Shown: piece by piece, positions 9,141 to 19,579 of the stretch | Layout of the letters: every line of letters starts with the position of its first letter | Position numbering within the stretch: position 1 is the stretch's first letter | DNA from: Dehalococcoidia bacterium | GTDB lineage: Bacteria > Chloroflexota > Dehalococcoidia > UBA2979 | Length of the DNA: 64,000 bases | NCBI GenBank assembly: GCA_965262725.1 | Contig: OZ253555.1 | Span: forward strand, 3,392,001-3,456,000 | Direction: 5' to 3' | Program-made: the position numbers and the translations under genes | The notes under the pieces: generated by a model | What the model saw: the letters and a program-made list of their open reading frames with translations, nothing else | The model's database searches: none | Told to the model about the DNA's origin: nothing

Positions 9141-10874
9141 CTACTTCGGGTACACGAACTCAAGATACTGGAGCGGGCCACGTCGCGGCGAGACCTGCTC
9201 CCATGACCCAACGTTCGGGCCAACACCCTGAGTGAGGTGGAGCGAGGCGATCGGGATCGTGGGGTATGACCTGTAGATCTCATCACCCAGCTCCCGCTCG
9301 AGCTGAATCTGCCGCTCGATATCAGTCTCCTTGTTGAGTTGCTCGCAGAAGACATCGAAGTACGGGAGCTCAGTGTGGGTGAGCGTCGCGAAAGTCGGTC
9401 CACCGTGGAGGCAGGCGTAGCGGGTCGGGCGGACGATCGGGCCGCCCTCGAAGGACCACGTCCAACCGCCTTCATCACCCGTCGTGCGGTCGCCGAGCAT
9501 ACTCCGCAGGCCCGGGCGATAGTCAGCCTGGTTCCGGATGACGTTGCAGCCGAGGTTCGCCTCCCACATCTGTGCCACAGCCTCACCGATGTCCGGGCCG
9601 TAGACCTGACCATTGATCAGCCAGATCTTGATGTCGAAGCAATCGGGGTATCCCGCGTCCGTCATCAGCTCCTTAGCCAGCTCGGGATCGAACGGATCTG
9701 GCGTCCAATCATCGTTCCACCACGGCAAGCCCGGCCTGATGAATGAGAAGCTCAGTGCACCCGGTTCGCCGTAGCCGAACAGAATCTTGTCGACGATCGC
9801 CTGGCGATCCACCGCGAGGCTGAGCGCCCTGCGAACCTGGATCGACCGCTCCGACATCGGATCCTCACCGGCCCACGGCAGTGATGGGTCGTAGTTGGGG
9901 CGAGTGGGGTACAGACCGCCGAACGCGATGAAGGGCTCAACCGCGTTCTGAGCGACCGCAATCCTGATTCCGGCGGCCTCGAGCTCACTCACCAATCGCG
10001 CCGGCACCTGCGCAATGTCTACCTCACCGGTGCGCAACATCGCGGTCCGGGTCGAGTCATCCTGAACGTTGAGGTAGACGATCTCGGCGTATCCGGGGGT
10101 CACCCTGTAGTGGTCCTCGACTGCCTTGACCGTCATGCTCACGCCGGGCACCTGCGAAACGAACTCGTATGGGCCCGCGTAGACCGGGTTGCGCGCGAAC
10201 TCGTCCTCGCCCACCTCCTCGAAGTAGGCCTTCGAGAATGGGCGCAGCGTCCGTCCCCCGTCGTCGGGTGACATCACACGAAAGACCTCGATCGGGTTCA
10301 TCGGGTTCGGTTGGTGGATGTTGAGTGTGAGGTCATCCACGACCACGAGGTTGTTCGGGTCCTTGCCGTAGAAGGCGGTGATGATCGACGTGTTGGCGTT
10401 GACCGACCCCTCCTTCAGGAACTCGGTCATTGTGAACTTGAGATCCTCGGCGGTTACTTCGCCGTAGCCCTTGTGGAACTTGATGCCCGACTTTATCTTG
10501 AAGACCCAGTCCACGCTTCCATCGGCGTTCTCGGTGCCTTCAAAACTCTCAAGAATGGCGCCGTTGGTCGGGGTATCGGTCTCCCAGTCCCACCAGACGA
10601 TCGGCTCGGCGATCACGGCCAGAGCGGCCTCGCCGGTGGCTGTACGCAGCAGGAAGCGTTCGCTGCCAAACCCCGCGATTACCGTAAGTGTACCCTCGGG
10701 CTCGCGGTCTCCAGCCGCCGCAGCCTGCGTCGGTGCGGCGGTAGTCGCTGGAGGCGCGTCGTCATCATCCCCGCAGGCGGCGGACACCACCACCAACGCC
10801 ACGATCACGCTCCATAGTGCAGCGCGCCGGAACCCCGTCCCTAGCCTCGTGCCAATCTCTGCTACACGTCCCAC
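9141..10874 (-). CDS. ABC substrate-binding lipoprotein, family 5
   Basis: Lipobox SAAC, GIKFHKG, GPYEF, VRRALSLAVDR; GTG start 8 nt after AGGAG. Confidence 0.9.
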   Translation of the reverse strand: MGRVAEIGTRLGTGFRRAALWSVIVALVVVSAACGDDDDAPPATTAAPTQAAAAGDREPEGTLTVIAGFGSERFLLRTATGEAALAVIAEPIVWWDWETDTPTNGAILESFEGTENADGSVDWVFKIKSGIKFHKGYGEVTAEDLKFTMTEFLKEGSVNANTSIITAFYGKDPNNLVVVDDLTLNIHQPNPMNPIEVFRVMSPDDGGRTLRPFSKAYFEEVGEDEFARNPVYAGPYEFVSQVPGVSMTVKAVEDHYRVTPGYAEIVYLNVQDDSTRTAMLRTGEVDIAQVPARLVSELEAAGIRIAVAQNAVEPFIAFGGLYPTRPNYDPSLPWAGEDPMSERSIQVRRALSLAVDRQAIVDKILFGYGEPGALSFSFIRPGLPWWNDDWTPDPFDPELAKELMTDAGYPDCFDIKIWLINGQVYGPDIGEAVAQMWEANLGCNVIRNQADYRPGLRSMLGDRTTGDEGGWTWSFEGGPIVRPTRYACLHGGPTFATLTHTELPYFDVFCEQLNKETDIERQIQLERELGDEIYRSYPTIPIASLHLTQGVGPNVGSWEQVSPRRGPLQYLEFVYPK

Positions 10875-11039
10875 TTCAACAACTCCTAATCGCAGATCTA
10901 CGAGCCTTGGAATCTCGGGCGCGCGAGCCCGGCTGGGCACGTCCGTCCGCCCGGGAGCCTACAGTACCACGAGCGTCTTGTCGCGCACAGCGTTGCGGAA
11001 GGAAGCTAGGGACCGAAACGACTGCCCTGCCTTCGTCGC

Positions 11040-11155
11040 GACCCCCGATGCTCGGGAGCATCCCGCGAGTCGCGACCACACTTACTGTCTTCGGGTTCCA
11101 CGTGCCCGGCGACGCGCTCCGCGACGTGCTTGATCCACGGCTGCGTGGAGCCTGA
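11040..11155 (+). pseudogene. C-terminal remnant of a second OppC-type permease
   Basis: TTLTVFGFHVPGDALRDVLDPRLRGA* resembles the OppC C-terminal GD.LRD.LDPR signature; no matching upstream frame. Confidence 0.6.
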
Positions 11156-11268
11156 TCGCGGGGTCGGCCGCGTTCGCGGGTGGCCGGGCGGGCTACCCCC
11201 TAGCTCTGCGATGACCGACCAGATATCTGGCCGCCCCATCCGGTGGGCGATGCTGTCCGTCGCCGTCG

Positions 11269-12429
11269 TCAGTACGAGCGCGGCAAGCCGAGTACATGCT
11301 GGCCGAGATAGGCCAGGATCAGGTTGTTGTTGACCGGCGCAATTGACCACAGGCGCGTTTCACGGAACTTCCGCTCCACATCGTTATCGACGTCGAAGCC
11401 AGCGCCGCCAAAGGTGTCCAAGCAAACATTCGCGGCCTGCCATGCGGCCTTCGAAGCGAGCAACTTCGCCATATTCGCCTCCGGGCCGCAACTTTCGCCC
11501 CGGTCGAACTTCTCCGAGGCCCGGTAGCGCACGAGGTCTGCCGCCTCCAGGTCAGCATGGGCCGCTGCGATCGGGAACTGTACCCCCTGATTCGCTCCGA
11601 TCGGCCTCCCGAACACAACCCGATCGCTCGCATAGCGAACGGCCCGATCGATGAACCAGCGACCGTCTCCGAGCGCCTCAGCGGCGATCAAGATCCGCTC
11701 CGCATTCCACGAGTCGATGACGTACCTGAATCCTTCGCCCTCGTCGCCGATCAGGTTGTCCCGCGGCACCACCAAGTCATCGAAAAAGAGTGCGTTCGTG
11801 TGCTGATTGATCATGAGCCTGAGCGGCTGGACGTTTATCGCGGAGGTCTGCTCGGCAAGGTCCACTACGAAGGCGGAGAGACCCCGCGTCTTGTCGTCTA
11901 GGTCGGTGTAGGGTGTCGTGCGGGCCAGCAATACCATCAGATCTGATTGCATCACGCGCGAGATGAAGACCTTCTGCCCGTTGATCCGGTAGCTGTCGCC
12001 GTCGCGCACGGCCGTGGTCGCGATGCGCGTCGTCTCCGAACCCGCCTCCGGCTCCGTCACCCCGAAAGCCTGTAGCCGGAGCTCCCCGCTCGCGATCCGT
12101 GGCAGGTAACGCTCCTTCAGCGCGCTGCTGCCGTGTCTCAACAGAATTCCCATGGTGTACATCTGGCCATGGCACGCCGACGAGTTCCCTCCGGATCGAT
12201 TGACCTCCTCGAGGATCACGCTGGCCTCGGTCAGGCTCAGGCCGGCTCCGCCGAACTCCGTCGGAATGAGCGCCGACAACCAGCCCAGCTCGGTCAGCTC
12301 ATCGACGAAGGCCGTGGGATACTCGCGCTCCCGATCCAGCTCGCGCCAGTAAGACGACGGATACTTGCGGCAGACCTCGCGGATCGCACGGCGTATCGCC
12401 TCGACGCTTGCCTCGTGTCCGGTGACCAT
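11269..12429 (-). CDS. Acyl-CoA dehydrogenase
   Basis: AFGVTEPEAGS, NGQKVFIS, NAERI, FGRPIGANQGVQF, ERKFRETR. Confidence 0.95.
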   Translation of the reverse strand: MVTGHEASVEAIRRAIREVCRKYPSSYWRELDREREYPTAFVDELTELGWLSALIPTEFGGAGLSLTEASVILEEVNRSGGNSSACHGQMYTMGILLRHGSSALKERYLPRIASGELRLQAFGVTEPEAGSETTRIATTAVRDGDSYRINGQKVFISRVMQSDLMVLLARTTPYTDLDDKTRGLSAFVVDLAEQTSAINVQPLRLMINQHTNALFFDDLVVPRDNLIGDEGEGFRYVIDSWNAERILIAAEALGDGRWFIDRAVRYASDRVVFGRPIGANQGVQFPIAAAHADLEAADLVRYRASEKFDRGESCGPEANMAKLLASKAAWQAANVCLDTFGGAGFDVDNDVERKFRETRLWSIAPVNNNLILAYLGQHVLGLPRSY

Positions 12430-12450
12430 TGCTGACTCCAGTACGACCGC

Positions 12451-13270
12451 CTACATGCCGAGTCGCCGCTTCGCATCCCCGTCCGCCACGAGCGCCCGCT
12501 CGTCGTGGCTGAGCGGCAGCGGGCGCGTCACGCGCGGATACACGTTATTCTTCGGGTACGCGGGCCAAAGCCGCGAGTCATCGACATAGCTCGCAAGTGC
12601 CAACGGGACGATCGACACGCCGACCGCGCTCTTGCTTGTGCCCGTCCTCGATCTCCGCGACCACCGCCTCCACGCCCCTAAGCGCGGGAGCGACACCGAG
12701 AAAGTGTGGCGCCTCGCTGGGCGCTGATCCCGACGGCCCCTTCGTTGTCGTCGATCATCCGCTGAGCCATCAACTGCTGGATCTCCCGCTCGACTGCCAC
12801 GCGCTGCGTCAGATCGGACGGCAACTCCCGCTTGCCGATGCGCGTCTCGAGCAGGAAGCGGGTCGACGTGTACACCAGCATCACACTGTGGCTGGTGCCG
12901 GTACGGTCCATCACCGAGCAAGTCATCGACCGTGCCGCTGCGGGCCGCCTCCGCGTGGGCAATCGACCGCTGCCAGTTGGGACCCCACTTCGCGCTGGCG
13001 ACCGGGTGAATGTGGATGAACTCAGGATCTGCCATCCTGGCTGCTCCTGCCCGTACGGCCGGGGTATGGATCCTGGTGCGAATATACACGGCGGAGCAGC
13101 GAGTCGAACCGCCCGCCCCGCATCGCTAGGCTTCCCCCGGTTCGGCAGCTGAATCAAATGGAGCGGAAAGAACTGCCGGATGTTCACCTCCGCTATCCAG
13201 TTGACGTCGCGAACCGCGGTCCGAGCGGCGCCAGCGCGACCGGGCGCCTGAGACCGCGAAGCCCAGTGCT
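12451..13270 (-). pseudogene. Degraded, frame-broken coding remnant(s), family unresolved
   Basis: Protein-like pieces in several frames; the end ALVADGDAKRRLGM resembles an amidohydrolase C-terminus. Confidence 0.3.
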
Positions 13271-13456
13271 GATCGATCATGTCCACAGCGAGCCTCAGCG
13301 ATTGGGAACGGACTACCCGGGACGAGCCGCGTCCAGACGACAAACAACAGGACGGCGGCCGTCATGCGTGCCGCGTTACCCCTCCTGGTCGCATTCCGGG
13401 TGAGGAGCTCCGTTCTCCGCAACGGGGTCAGGACCTCGAGGTGATTGTGTCCAGTC

Positions 13457-13487
13457 TGGTGGACCTGAGGGGGCTCGAACCCCTGAC
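13457..13487 (-). other. 3' fragment of tRNA-Ala (att-like scar)
   Basis: Minus strand GTCAGGGG-TTCGAGC-CCCCT-CAGGTCC-A-CCA = T arm, acceptor 3' strand with U70, A73, CCA; 5' half absent. Confidence 0.8.
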
Positions 13488-13716
13488 GGTGTCACCCGGC
13501 AACGTGCAGTTCGTGCACATCGAGCCGTTCATCCTTGAGGCGGTGCGCACCGATGCCCTCCTCGTCCCCACCCCGCTCATGCGTGATTGGCAGTTGCAGA
13601 CCGGGCCCTGGCTGTTCATCGTCGGCCGTGGCGGCGCCGTCACCGCCACCTTCGAGGGCGTCGCCTCGCCCGAGGAGGTCCGCGGCGCCCTCGTCGCAGC
13701 CATCAACTCGCGGTAG
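13488..13716 (+). pseudogene. C-terminal fragment of a thioredoxin-fold protein
   Basis: VQFVHIEP..WQLQTGPWLFIVGRGGAVTATFEG; the recognisable part starts right at the tRNA fragment. Confidence 0.6.
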
Positions 13717-13799
13717 AGCCGCCGCACGCTCCCGGCACGCCGTCGGGGCCAGCCTGCGTCCCCACCGCGAATCGCGAGCGAGGGGTCAGGAGACGGACC

Positions 13800-14138
13800 A
13801 TGGACATCAACGCGAAGCGTGACGGGACGACCGTCATCGCCCGGCCTGCAGGGCGTCTGGACAGCTTCACCGCGGGCGAGTTCCAAGAGGCCGTGGAGGC
13901 GGCGATGGAGGACACTGACCGCGCCCTGATCCTGGACTTCCAGGACGTCCCCTACATCAGCAGCGCCGGGCTGCTCGTGATCCTGGTCACGGCACGGACC
14001 CTCCAGGGAAACGGCGGTGCGCTGGCGCTCTGCTCGCTCGCTACGCCCGTCCGCGACGTATTCGCGATCAGCGGCTTCGACGCCATCATCCCGATCCACA
14101 CCTCCTGCAACGATGCCCTGGCTGCGGTTGCGGGCTAG
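13800..14138 (+). CDS. STAS-domain anti-sigma factor antagonist
   Basis: GRLDS, LILDFQDVPYISSAGL, VRDVFAISGF. Confidence 0.93.
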   Translation: MDINAKRDGTTVIARPAGRLDSFTAGEFQEAVEAAMEDTDRALILDFQDVPYISSAGLLVILVTARTLQGNGGALALCSLATPVRDVFAISGFDAIIPIHTSCNDALAAVAG

Positions 14139-14471
14139 CTCGCGCGGTCAGGACACCGGCGCATGCGTGGTCCGCGGGGCTCTCCCTCGACGCACGCACC
14201 GGCGAGGAGTCAGGCCGCCATATCCGCATCGCCACGGATTCGAAGGAAGAGATCTGTCACTTCTCTACGGGTCGATTCTTCATCGACCGATCGGCGTTCA
14301 GGACGACCGGGCGAGTCCCGCTGGATGGTGTCGGCACCCGCCCGCCGTGGATGTACTGTTCGCTCGCGCCGCCGCCGAAGTGTTGTTCGATCCGATCGTC
14401 GCACGCGTTCGGAGCGCGCAGCGGCGCGGGCAGCTCGTCGTTGTTCCGGAACAGCAAACCGCAGGCGCCGC

Positions 14472-15690
14472 TCAGGACTCGATCAACCCCTCCTGTGGCG
14501 AGGTCCAAGGCAGGGCGTAGAGCGGGGCGATCTGCGGGGCACGCGGGATCGGCAGGTCGCCGAAGGGGACGTCGATGACCACCGGCGCATTGCGTGCCAG
14601 CGCGGCGGGGAGGAGTGTCTTCAGCTCCATCGGGTCGCCCGCCCTCATGCCAACCGCACCGAAGGACTCGGCGAACTTGACCAAGTCCGGGTTGTGCAGG
14701 TCGGTCCCGTAGGTTCCGCCGAACAGCTCGTGCAGGTCGCGGGCGACGTTGCCGTATGAGTCGTTTCGGAACACGACGGTGGTGACGTTGATCCCGTGCT
14801 GGACTGCCGTGGCGAGCTCGAAGGCGTTGAAGAGGAAGCCGCCGTCGCCAACCATGCAGACCACCGGGCGATCGGGCTTCGCCACCTTGACGCCCAACGC
14901 CGTCGGAAACGAGTAGCCGACGTTGAACTGGTAGCCGGAATCGATGTACGTCTTCGGGTGGTTCACCTTGTAGTGCGTACGGGCGTAGTAGCCGAACTGG
15001 GTCACGTCCCAGACGATGAAAGCATCCTCCGGAATGCTGCCCTGGATCGCCTCCAGGACCGGGTACTGCGGCTCCTTGAGCCTGATGTCGTAGTAGGCAA
15101 TCAGGCTGCGCGCCGCGCTGACCGCCTCGGCGGGCGACGGGCGCTCGCCCGCACCGGCTTCGTCGAGGTGGGGAAGCATCGCTTCGATGGTCGCCCGGGC
15201 GTCCCCGTGCAGCGGGAGGGTGTTGGACTGGATCCGCATCAGCTCGCTGTCGTCCACGTTGATGTTGACCAGCGTGGACGCGTTGCCCGCCGGGTTGCCG
15301 AGCGAGAACCGGGCGCCGATTCCGATCACGACGTCGGCGGACTGCATCACGTCGAACAACTGGTTCATCTCCTGCCGCTCGCCGCGGGGGCTGAAGCATG
15401 AGCCGTATGAGAGCGGATGATTGTCCGGAATGGTCCCCTTGCCACCGCTGGACGTGACCACGGGGATGTGCGTCGCCTCGACCAGCCTGACGAGGGCATC
15501 TTCGGCGTTCGATCGCGCCACGCCGCCGCCGGCGTAGATCAGGGGCAGACGCGCCGCGGCGATGACGCGGGCCGCCTCCCTGAGCTGGTCCGGGCTCGGG
15601 ACGATCGGCGACACGGGTGCCGGATCCCACAGTTCGACTTCCTCCCGTTCGACGCCGGCCTCGGGCGGCATCTCGGATAAGGGACGGGAG
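14472..15690 (-). pseudogene. ThDP-dependent enzyme (acetolactate synthase-like) lacking its N-terminal PYR domain
   Basis: PLIYAGGG, GDGGFLF..N ThDP motif; similarity appears to begin near RPLSEMPPE and no N-terminal HE motif is present. Confidence 0.75.
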
Positions 15691-16232
15691 CGGTACGAGC
15701 CGTCGGCAGTGGCGTTCACCCCGAAGGGTTCCCCGACGGCGCCCCACCCCCAGCGGGCGCCTGGCGCGTCTAACCCTCGGATCGGACGGATCCATGGCAC
15801 CCGGACGACTGGTCGGGCCGCGATCTCATCATCGAGATTTCGATGTTCGAGGGTCGTTCCTCCGCATCGAGTCTGCCCTATTCGACTTCTCGACGAGAGA
15901 GTCGATCGAGGCCTGTAGATTGCCAGGACCGTTGAGATAACGACACCTGAGTCTACGGCGAATAAGTGCAGTATCTGTGGAAGGATCGGGACCGAACGTG
16001 ACCTGCCCTACCGAGCAGATGTGTAAGGTGGATCTGCCGGAGACCCGCGCCGCCAAGAGTGAGCACTGGAGCGGGTCGGAGCCCGGATGGGCGGGCACTG
16101 GCCCGAGCACGCTCCGCGACCGGTCACCTTTCCGCCGGGTGCTCCGGTGAAGTGAGACGAGCGCGGATCGGTCGCGATGCGAATCCTCCCCGCCCGCACG
16201 CACGGCCGCTTCGCGCAGGGAAGGAGCTAACG

Positions 16233-16778
16233 GTGGCAACGGAGAACGAAATCCGGGACCTCGTGAAGAAGATGCAGTCCGAGCGCTCTACCCTGCTCGG
16301 GCTCATCGAGGGAATGGACGAGGGGGCGGCCGAGCACCGGCCACCGGAGGCCGACGGCGAGGCCGGCTGGTCGGTGAAGGAGCAACTCGCTCACCTCGCG
16401 CAGATGGAGACGACCTACCGCGCGTGGGTCGAGCGTGCTCTGGCCGAGGAGCGCCCGAACCTTGACGACGGCACCTCCCCCGACCCGGTCGCTCACCCGC
16501 TCGAACGAGCCCACGAAGCGAGCGTGGCCGACCACGCGGCCGAGCTCCGGCTCCAGCGCGAGCGCACGCTCGGCACGATCGGCCGGATCGACCCGGAGGC
16601 GTTCGAGCGGACCGCCGTATCCCCGCTCTTCGGTGAGTTGGCCGTGATGCAGTGGCTCCGCTCCTACTATCGGCACGACCGCATGCACCAGGCCCAGATC
16701 GAGGGACGACAGTCGGACTACCGGCCGCGCTTCACCGATGGCGTCGAGCCGGACCAGCGGATCGCCCGTGACCGCTAG
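16233..16778 (+). CDS. DinB-family protein
   Basis: WSVKEQLAHL and HDRMH metal-binding His pattern; GTG after AGGAG. Confidence 0.85.
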   Translation: MATENEIRDLVKKMQSERSTLLGLIEGMDEGAAEHRPPEADGEAGWSVKEQLAHLAQMETTYRAWVERALAEERPNLDDGTSPDPVAHPLERAHEASVADHAAELRLQRERTLGTIGRIDPEAFERTAVSPLFGELAVMQWLRSYYRHDRMHQAQIEGRQSDYRPRFTDGVEPDQRIARDR

Positions 16779-17200
16779 CAGCGACCCACCGGCGCCGGCG
16801 CGAACGGAACGATGAAGCGACCCATCACGTGCGCGTCGAGCGCCCGAGGGTCGCGAGGGAGATCACCGGTTCGCGGAAGTACGCCAGGGCGTAGCTCTCC
16901 CGCGATCCTGGTGACCGCCGCTCCGTAGAGAAGGATCAGCCCTCGAGATGCGCCCACATCATCAGGACGACGGCGGAGGTGATCGGCCCGTCGACCGCGC
17001 TCGCATGTGGCCAGGCTGGTGAAGCAGAAGAACAATTGCTTCCCCGCTTCGACGAGAACGAGGGCGACCATCGCGCCGAGCGCGGCGCCCCCACACGTGG
17101 ACGTGTGGAAGTCGGCGGTAGACGATCGCGACCACCGCCGCGGTGAGCACGGGCGACGCGGTCGACACGGCGCCAACCAGGAGAAAGGCGACCGTCGACG
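16775..17200 (-). pseudogene. YihY/BrkB-family membrane protein C-terminal remnant, frameshifted
   Basis: IVYRRLPHVHVW / AALGAMVALVLVEAGKQLF / VVLMMWAHLEG / LILLYGAAV spread over frames. Confidence 0.65.
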
Positions 17201-17343
17201 CACCTTCGGTCGGCGAGGTCGCCGACTCCAGGACGCACTCCTCCGGCTGCGCCGTCACCTGCGGGTTAGGTAGCAGCCCACCCTCGGCCACGGAGGCCGG
17301 CTGATGCCGATGCCACCGGACGGGCACGCCCGGCTGCCCGTCT

Positions 17344-17742
17344 CTAGCCCAGGCGGCCCATCGCGCGGGCGGGCACGATCCGCATCGCCACCGAGCCGCG
17401 CTCGTCGAGTTCGCGATCGAGCGCGGAATCATCGTCCGAGGCCGGACTCCGGCTCCGGGCGAGGGCGCGCCGGATCGCCCCTCGCCGCTCGGCCCCACCG
17501 TCGAGGATCTCTGCCCGTCCATAGACCGTGAGGTAGCGCCCGCCGTCCTGGACCAGCAGCGAGACGTCGGCGCGGCGGCCGACATTTTGCGCCTTGGCGC
17601 TGCTTATGCCCGTCTGGAGCACGATGTCGGTCCCGTCGAAGTCGTAGGCGATCAGGGACTGCTGCGGTGAGCCATCACGCCGCCCCGTCGCGAGCGACGC
17701 GAAGCGGCACTCCCGCAGGAAGTCCACCTGCTCGGGTGTCAC
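17344..17742 (-). CDS. PPOX-class (probably F420-dependent) oxidoreductase
   Basis: ASLATGRRDGSPQ, AKAQNVGRRADVSL, YLTVYGRAE. Confidence 0.85.
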   Translation of the reverse strand: MTPEQVDFLRECRFASLATGRRDGSPQQSLIAYDFDGTDIVLQTGISSAKAQNVGRRADVSLLVQDGGRYLTVYGRAEILDGGAERRGAIRRALARSRSPASDDDSALDRELDERGSVAMRIVPARAMGRLG

Positions 17743-17847
17743 CGGCGCCCCCTTCTGGCGGCGACAGTGTCGCACGGAGCGGCGCCACCCGGTGGACGCA
17801 CCGTTACGATGCGACGGCCTGAGGCGGAGGCCGAGCGAGGGGTGCCC

Positions 17848-18987
17848 ATGACCGAGTACGTGCCGGGGAACTTCATGTGGTCCCAGGGCGTCATGTTCGC
17901 GATGGAGATGATGACCTGGGGAGGGGCGGCCGCCGGCGAGGTGCTCGGCGTGGTGGAGCGGCTCCTGCGCCGCGAGCCGGAAAACCGGGCGTGGTGGGAG
18001 GAGTGGAGCGCGGAGGCCGAGCGCCTCGAGCGCTGGGGCGACTCCGAGGCCGCCGCCGGCCACGAGCTCACCGCAGGCAGCCTCTACCTCCGAGCCGCGA
18101 CGTACTACTTCTGCGGTGAGCGCTTCCTCCCGCCGGGCGAGGAGAAACGCGCCTCTTACGAGCGCGTGCTGCACTGCTTCGCGCAGGGGACGGCCGCCCG
18201 TTACCCGAACCTCGCGCGGGTCGAGGTGCCGTACCAGGAGACGACTCTTCCGGCCTACTTCCTTCGCTCCGAGGTAGCGGGCGACGAGCCGGCGCCCGCG
18301 ATGGTCGTCTTCGACGGTCTCGACAACGCGAAGGAGCTCTCCGTCTTCTTCGCAGGGGTCGAGCTGGCGCGCCGCGGGATTCACACGCTTGCCATCGACG
18401 GGCCGGGGCAGGGAGAGACGCTCCGCCTCCGCGGCATCCCCAGCCGCTTCGACTATGAGGTGCCGGGCACGGCCGCCTTCGAGTACGTCGCCGCCCGGCC
18501 GGAGGTGGACCGCGAGCGCGTGGGGGTGATGGGATTCAGCCTGGGCGGCTACTACGCGCCGCGGGCCGCCACGTTCGAGAAGCGCTACGCCCTCTGCGTG
18601 GCGTGGGGCGGCCACTTCGACTACCACGAGGCGTGGACCGAGCGGCGCAGGCGCATCGAGTCGAGCGACTCCCGCGTCTCGGCGCCGGCCTTTCAACTCC
18701 CCTGGGTTCTGGGCGTCGATGACATGGATGCGGCGATGCGAGTGCTGGAGGACTTCCGCCTCGACGGAGTCGTGCAGCGCCTCGATCGGCCGCTACTCGT
18801 CACGCACGGTGAGGACGACACGGTCGTGCCGCTCCGCTTCGCGCATCGGCTGTACGAAGCGGCCGGCTCGGAGGTGAAGGAGCTGCGCGTCTTCACCGCC
18901 GCCGAGGGCGGCAACGAGCACTGCCAGGAGGACAACCGGCAGATCGGGGCGAACTTCGTCGCAGACTGGATCGCCGACCACATCTAG
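17848..18987 (+). CDS. Alpha/beta hydrolase, 2,6-dihydroxypseudooxynicotine hydrolase-like
   Basis: DGLDNAKE, DGPGQG, GFSLGGYYAPR, EHCQ. Confidence 0.85.
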   Translation: MTEYVPGNFMWSQGVMFAMEMMTWGGAAAGEVLGVVERLLRREPENRAWWEEWSAEAERLERWGDSEAAAGHELTAGSLYLRAATYYFCGERFLPPGEEKRASYERVLHCFAQGTAARYPNLARVEVPYQETTLPAYFLRSEVAGDEPAPAMVVFDGLDNAKELSVFFAGVELARRGIHTLAIDGPGQGETLRLRGIPSRFDYEVPGTAAFEYVAARPEVDRERVGVMGFSLGGYYAPRAATFEKRYALCVAWGGHFDYHEAWTERRRRIESSDSRVSAPAFQLPWVLGVDDMDAAMRVLEDFRLDGVVQRLDRPLLVTHGEDDTVVPLRFAHRLYEAAGSEVKELRVFTAAEGGNEHCQEDNRQIGANFVADWIADHI

Positions 18988-19026
18988 GTCGACGGCACGC
19001 AGCCCGGCGACCGGCCCCGGTGCACG

Positions 19027-19557
19027 CTACTCTGCGACGGTGGCCGAGTCGGCGCTCACCAGCACGAACGAGATCGCGCAGGGCTCCGTGCCGGGATTCG
19101 ACCACGCGTGGACGGTGCCGCGCTGGACGATGCAGTCCCCCGCTCGGAGACGGACCGTCCCCGTCTCGAGGTGCAGGTCGATCTCACCCGAGAGCACGAC
19201 CGCGAAGTCGATGCTGTGGGTCGCGTGCCAGCCCGATCGATAGTCGCGCATCGCGCCGCCGTCATCGAAGCGGCTCCTCGCGCCGTCGATCTGCTCGTCC
19301 GTGAGACCCTGCACCTCGTATGCCGGCGCGAAGGTGACGATGCGCCATTTCACGCCTCCCGGTGCGGGCGCGAGGACGGCGCGATCGACGGCGGCCGGAT
19401 CGGAACCACCGCTCAGCGGAGGCGGCAGCGCCTCGGCGGCCCACATCTCATCGTAGGTGGCGCGCCCGAGTTCAAGATGCCCCGGCGTCGGCCCGTCCGC
19501 CGACACGCTGGAGCGGCCCACGTCGTCCACGCCCGTCACCACTCGCCTGACGCTCAT
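19027..19557 (-). CDS. Cupin-domain protein
   Basis: RRVVTG, HATHSIDF, GDCIVQRGTVHAW. Confidence 0.88.
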   Translation of the reverse strand: MSVRRVVTGVDDVGRSSVSADGPTPGHLELGRATYDEMWAAEALPPPLSGGSDPAAVDRAVLAPAPGGVKWRIVTFAPAYEVQGLTDEQIDGARSRFDDGGAMRDYRSGWHATHSIDFAVVLSGEIDLHLETGTVRLRAGDCIVQRGTVHAWSNPGTEPCAISFVLVSADSATVAE

Positions 19558-19579
19558 CCGTCCCCCCGCCCCGCGTCTC

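Noticed and set aside
15770-16060. Lower-GC patch upstream of the truncated ThDP enzyme
   Set aside because: May be a foreign gene scrap, but no recognisable motif or structure supports a call
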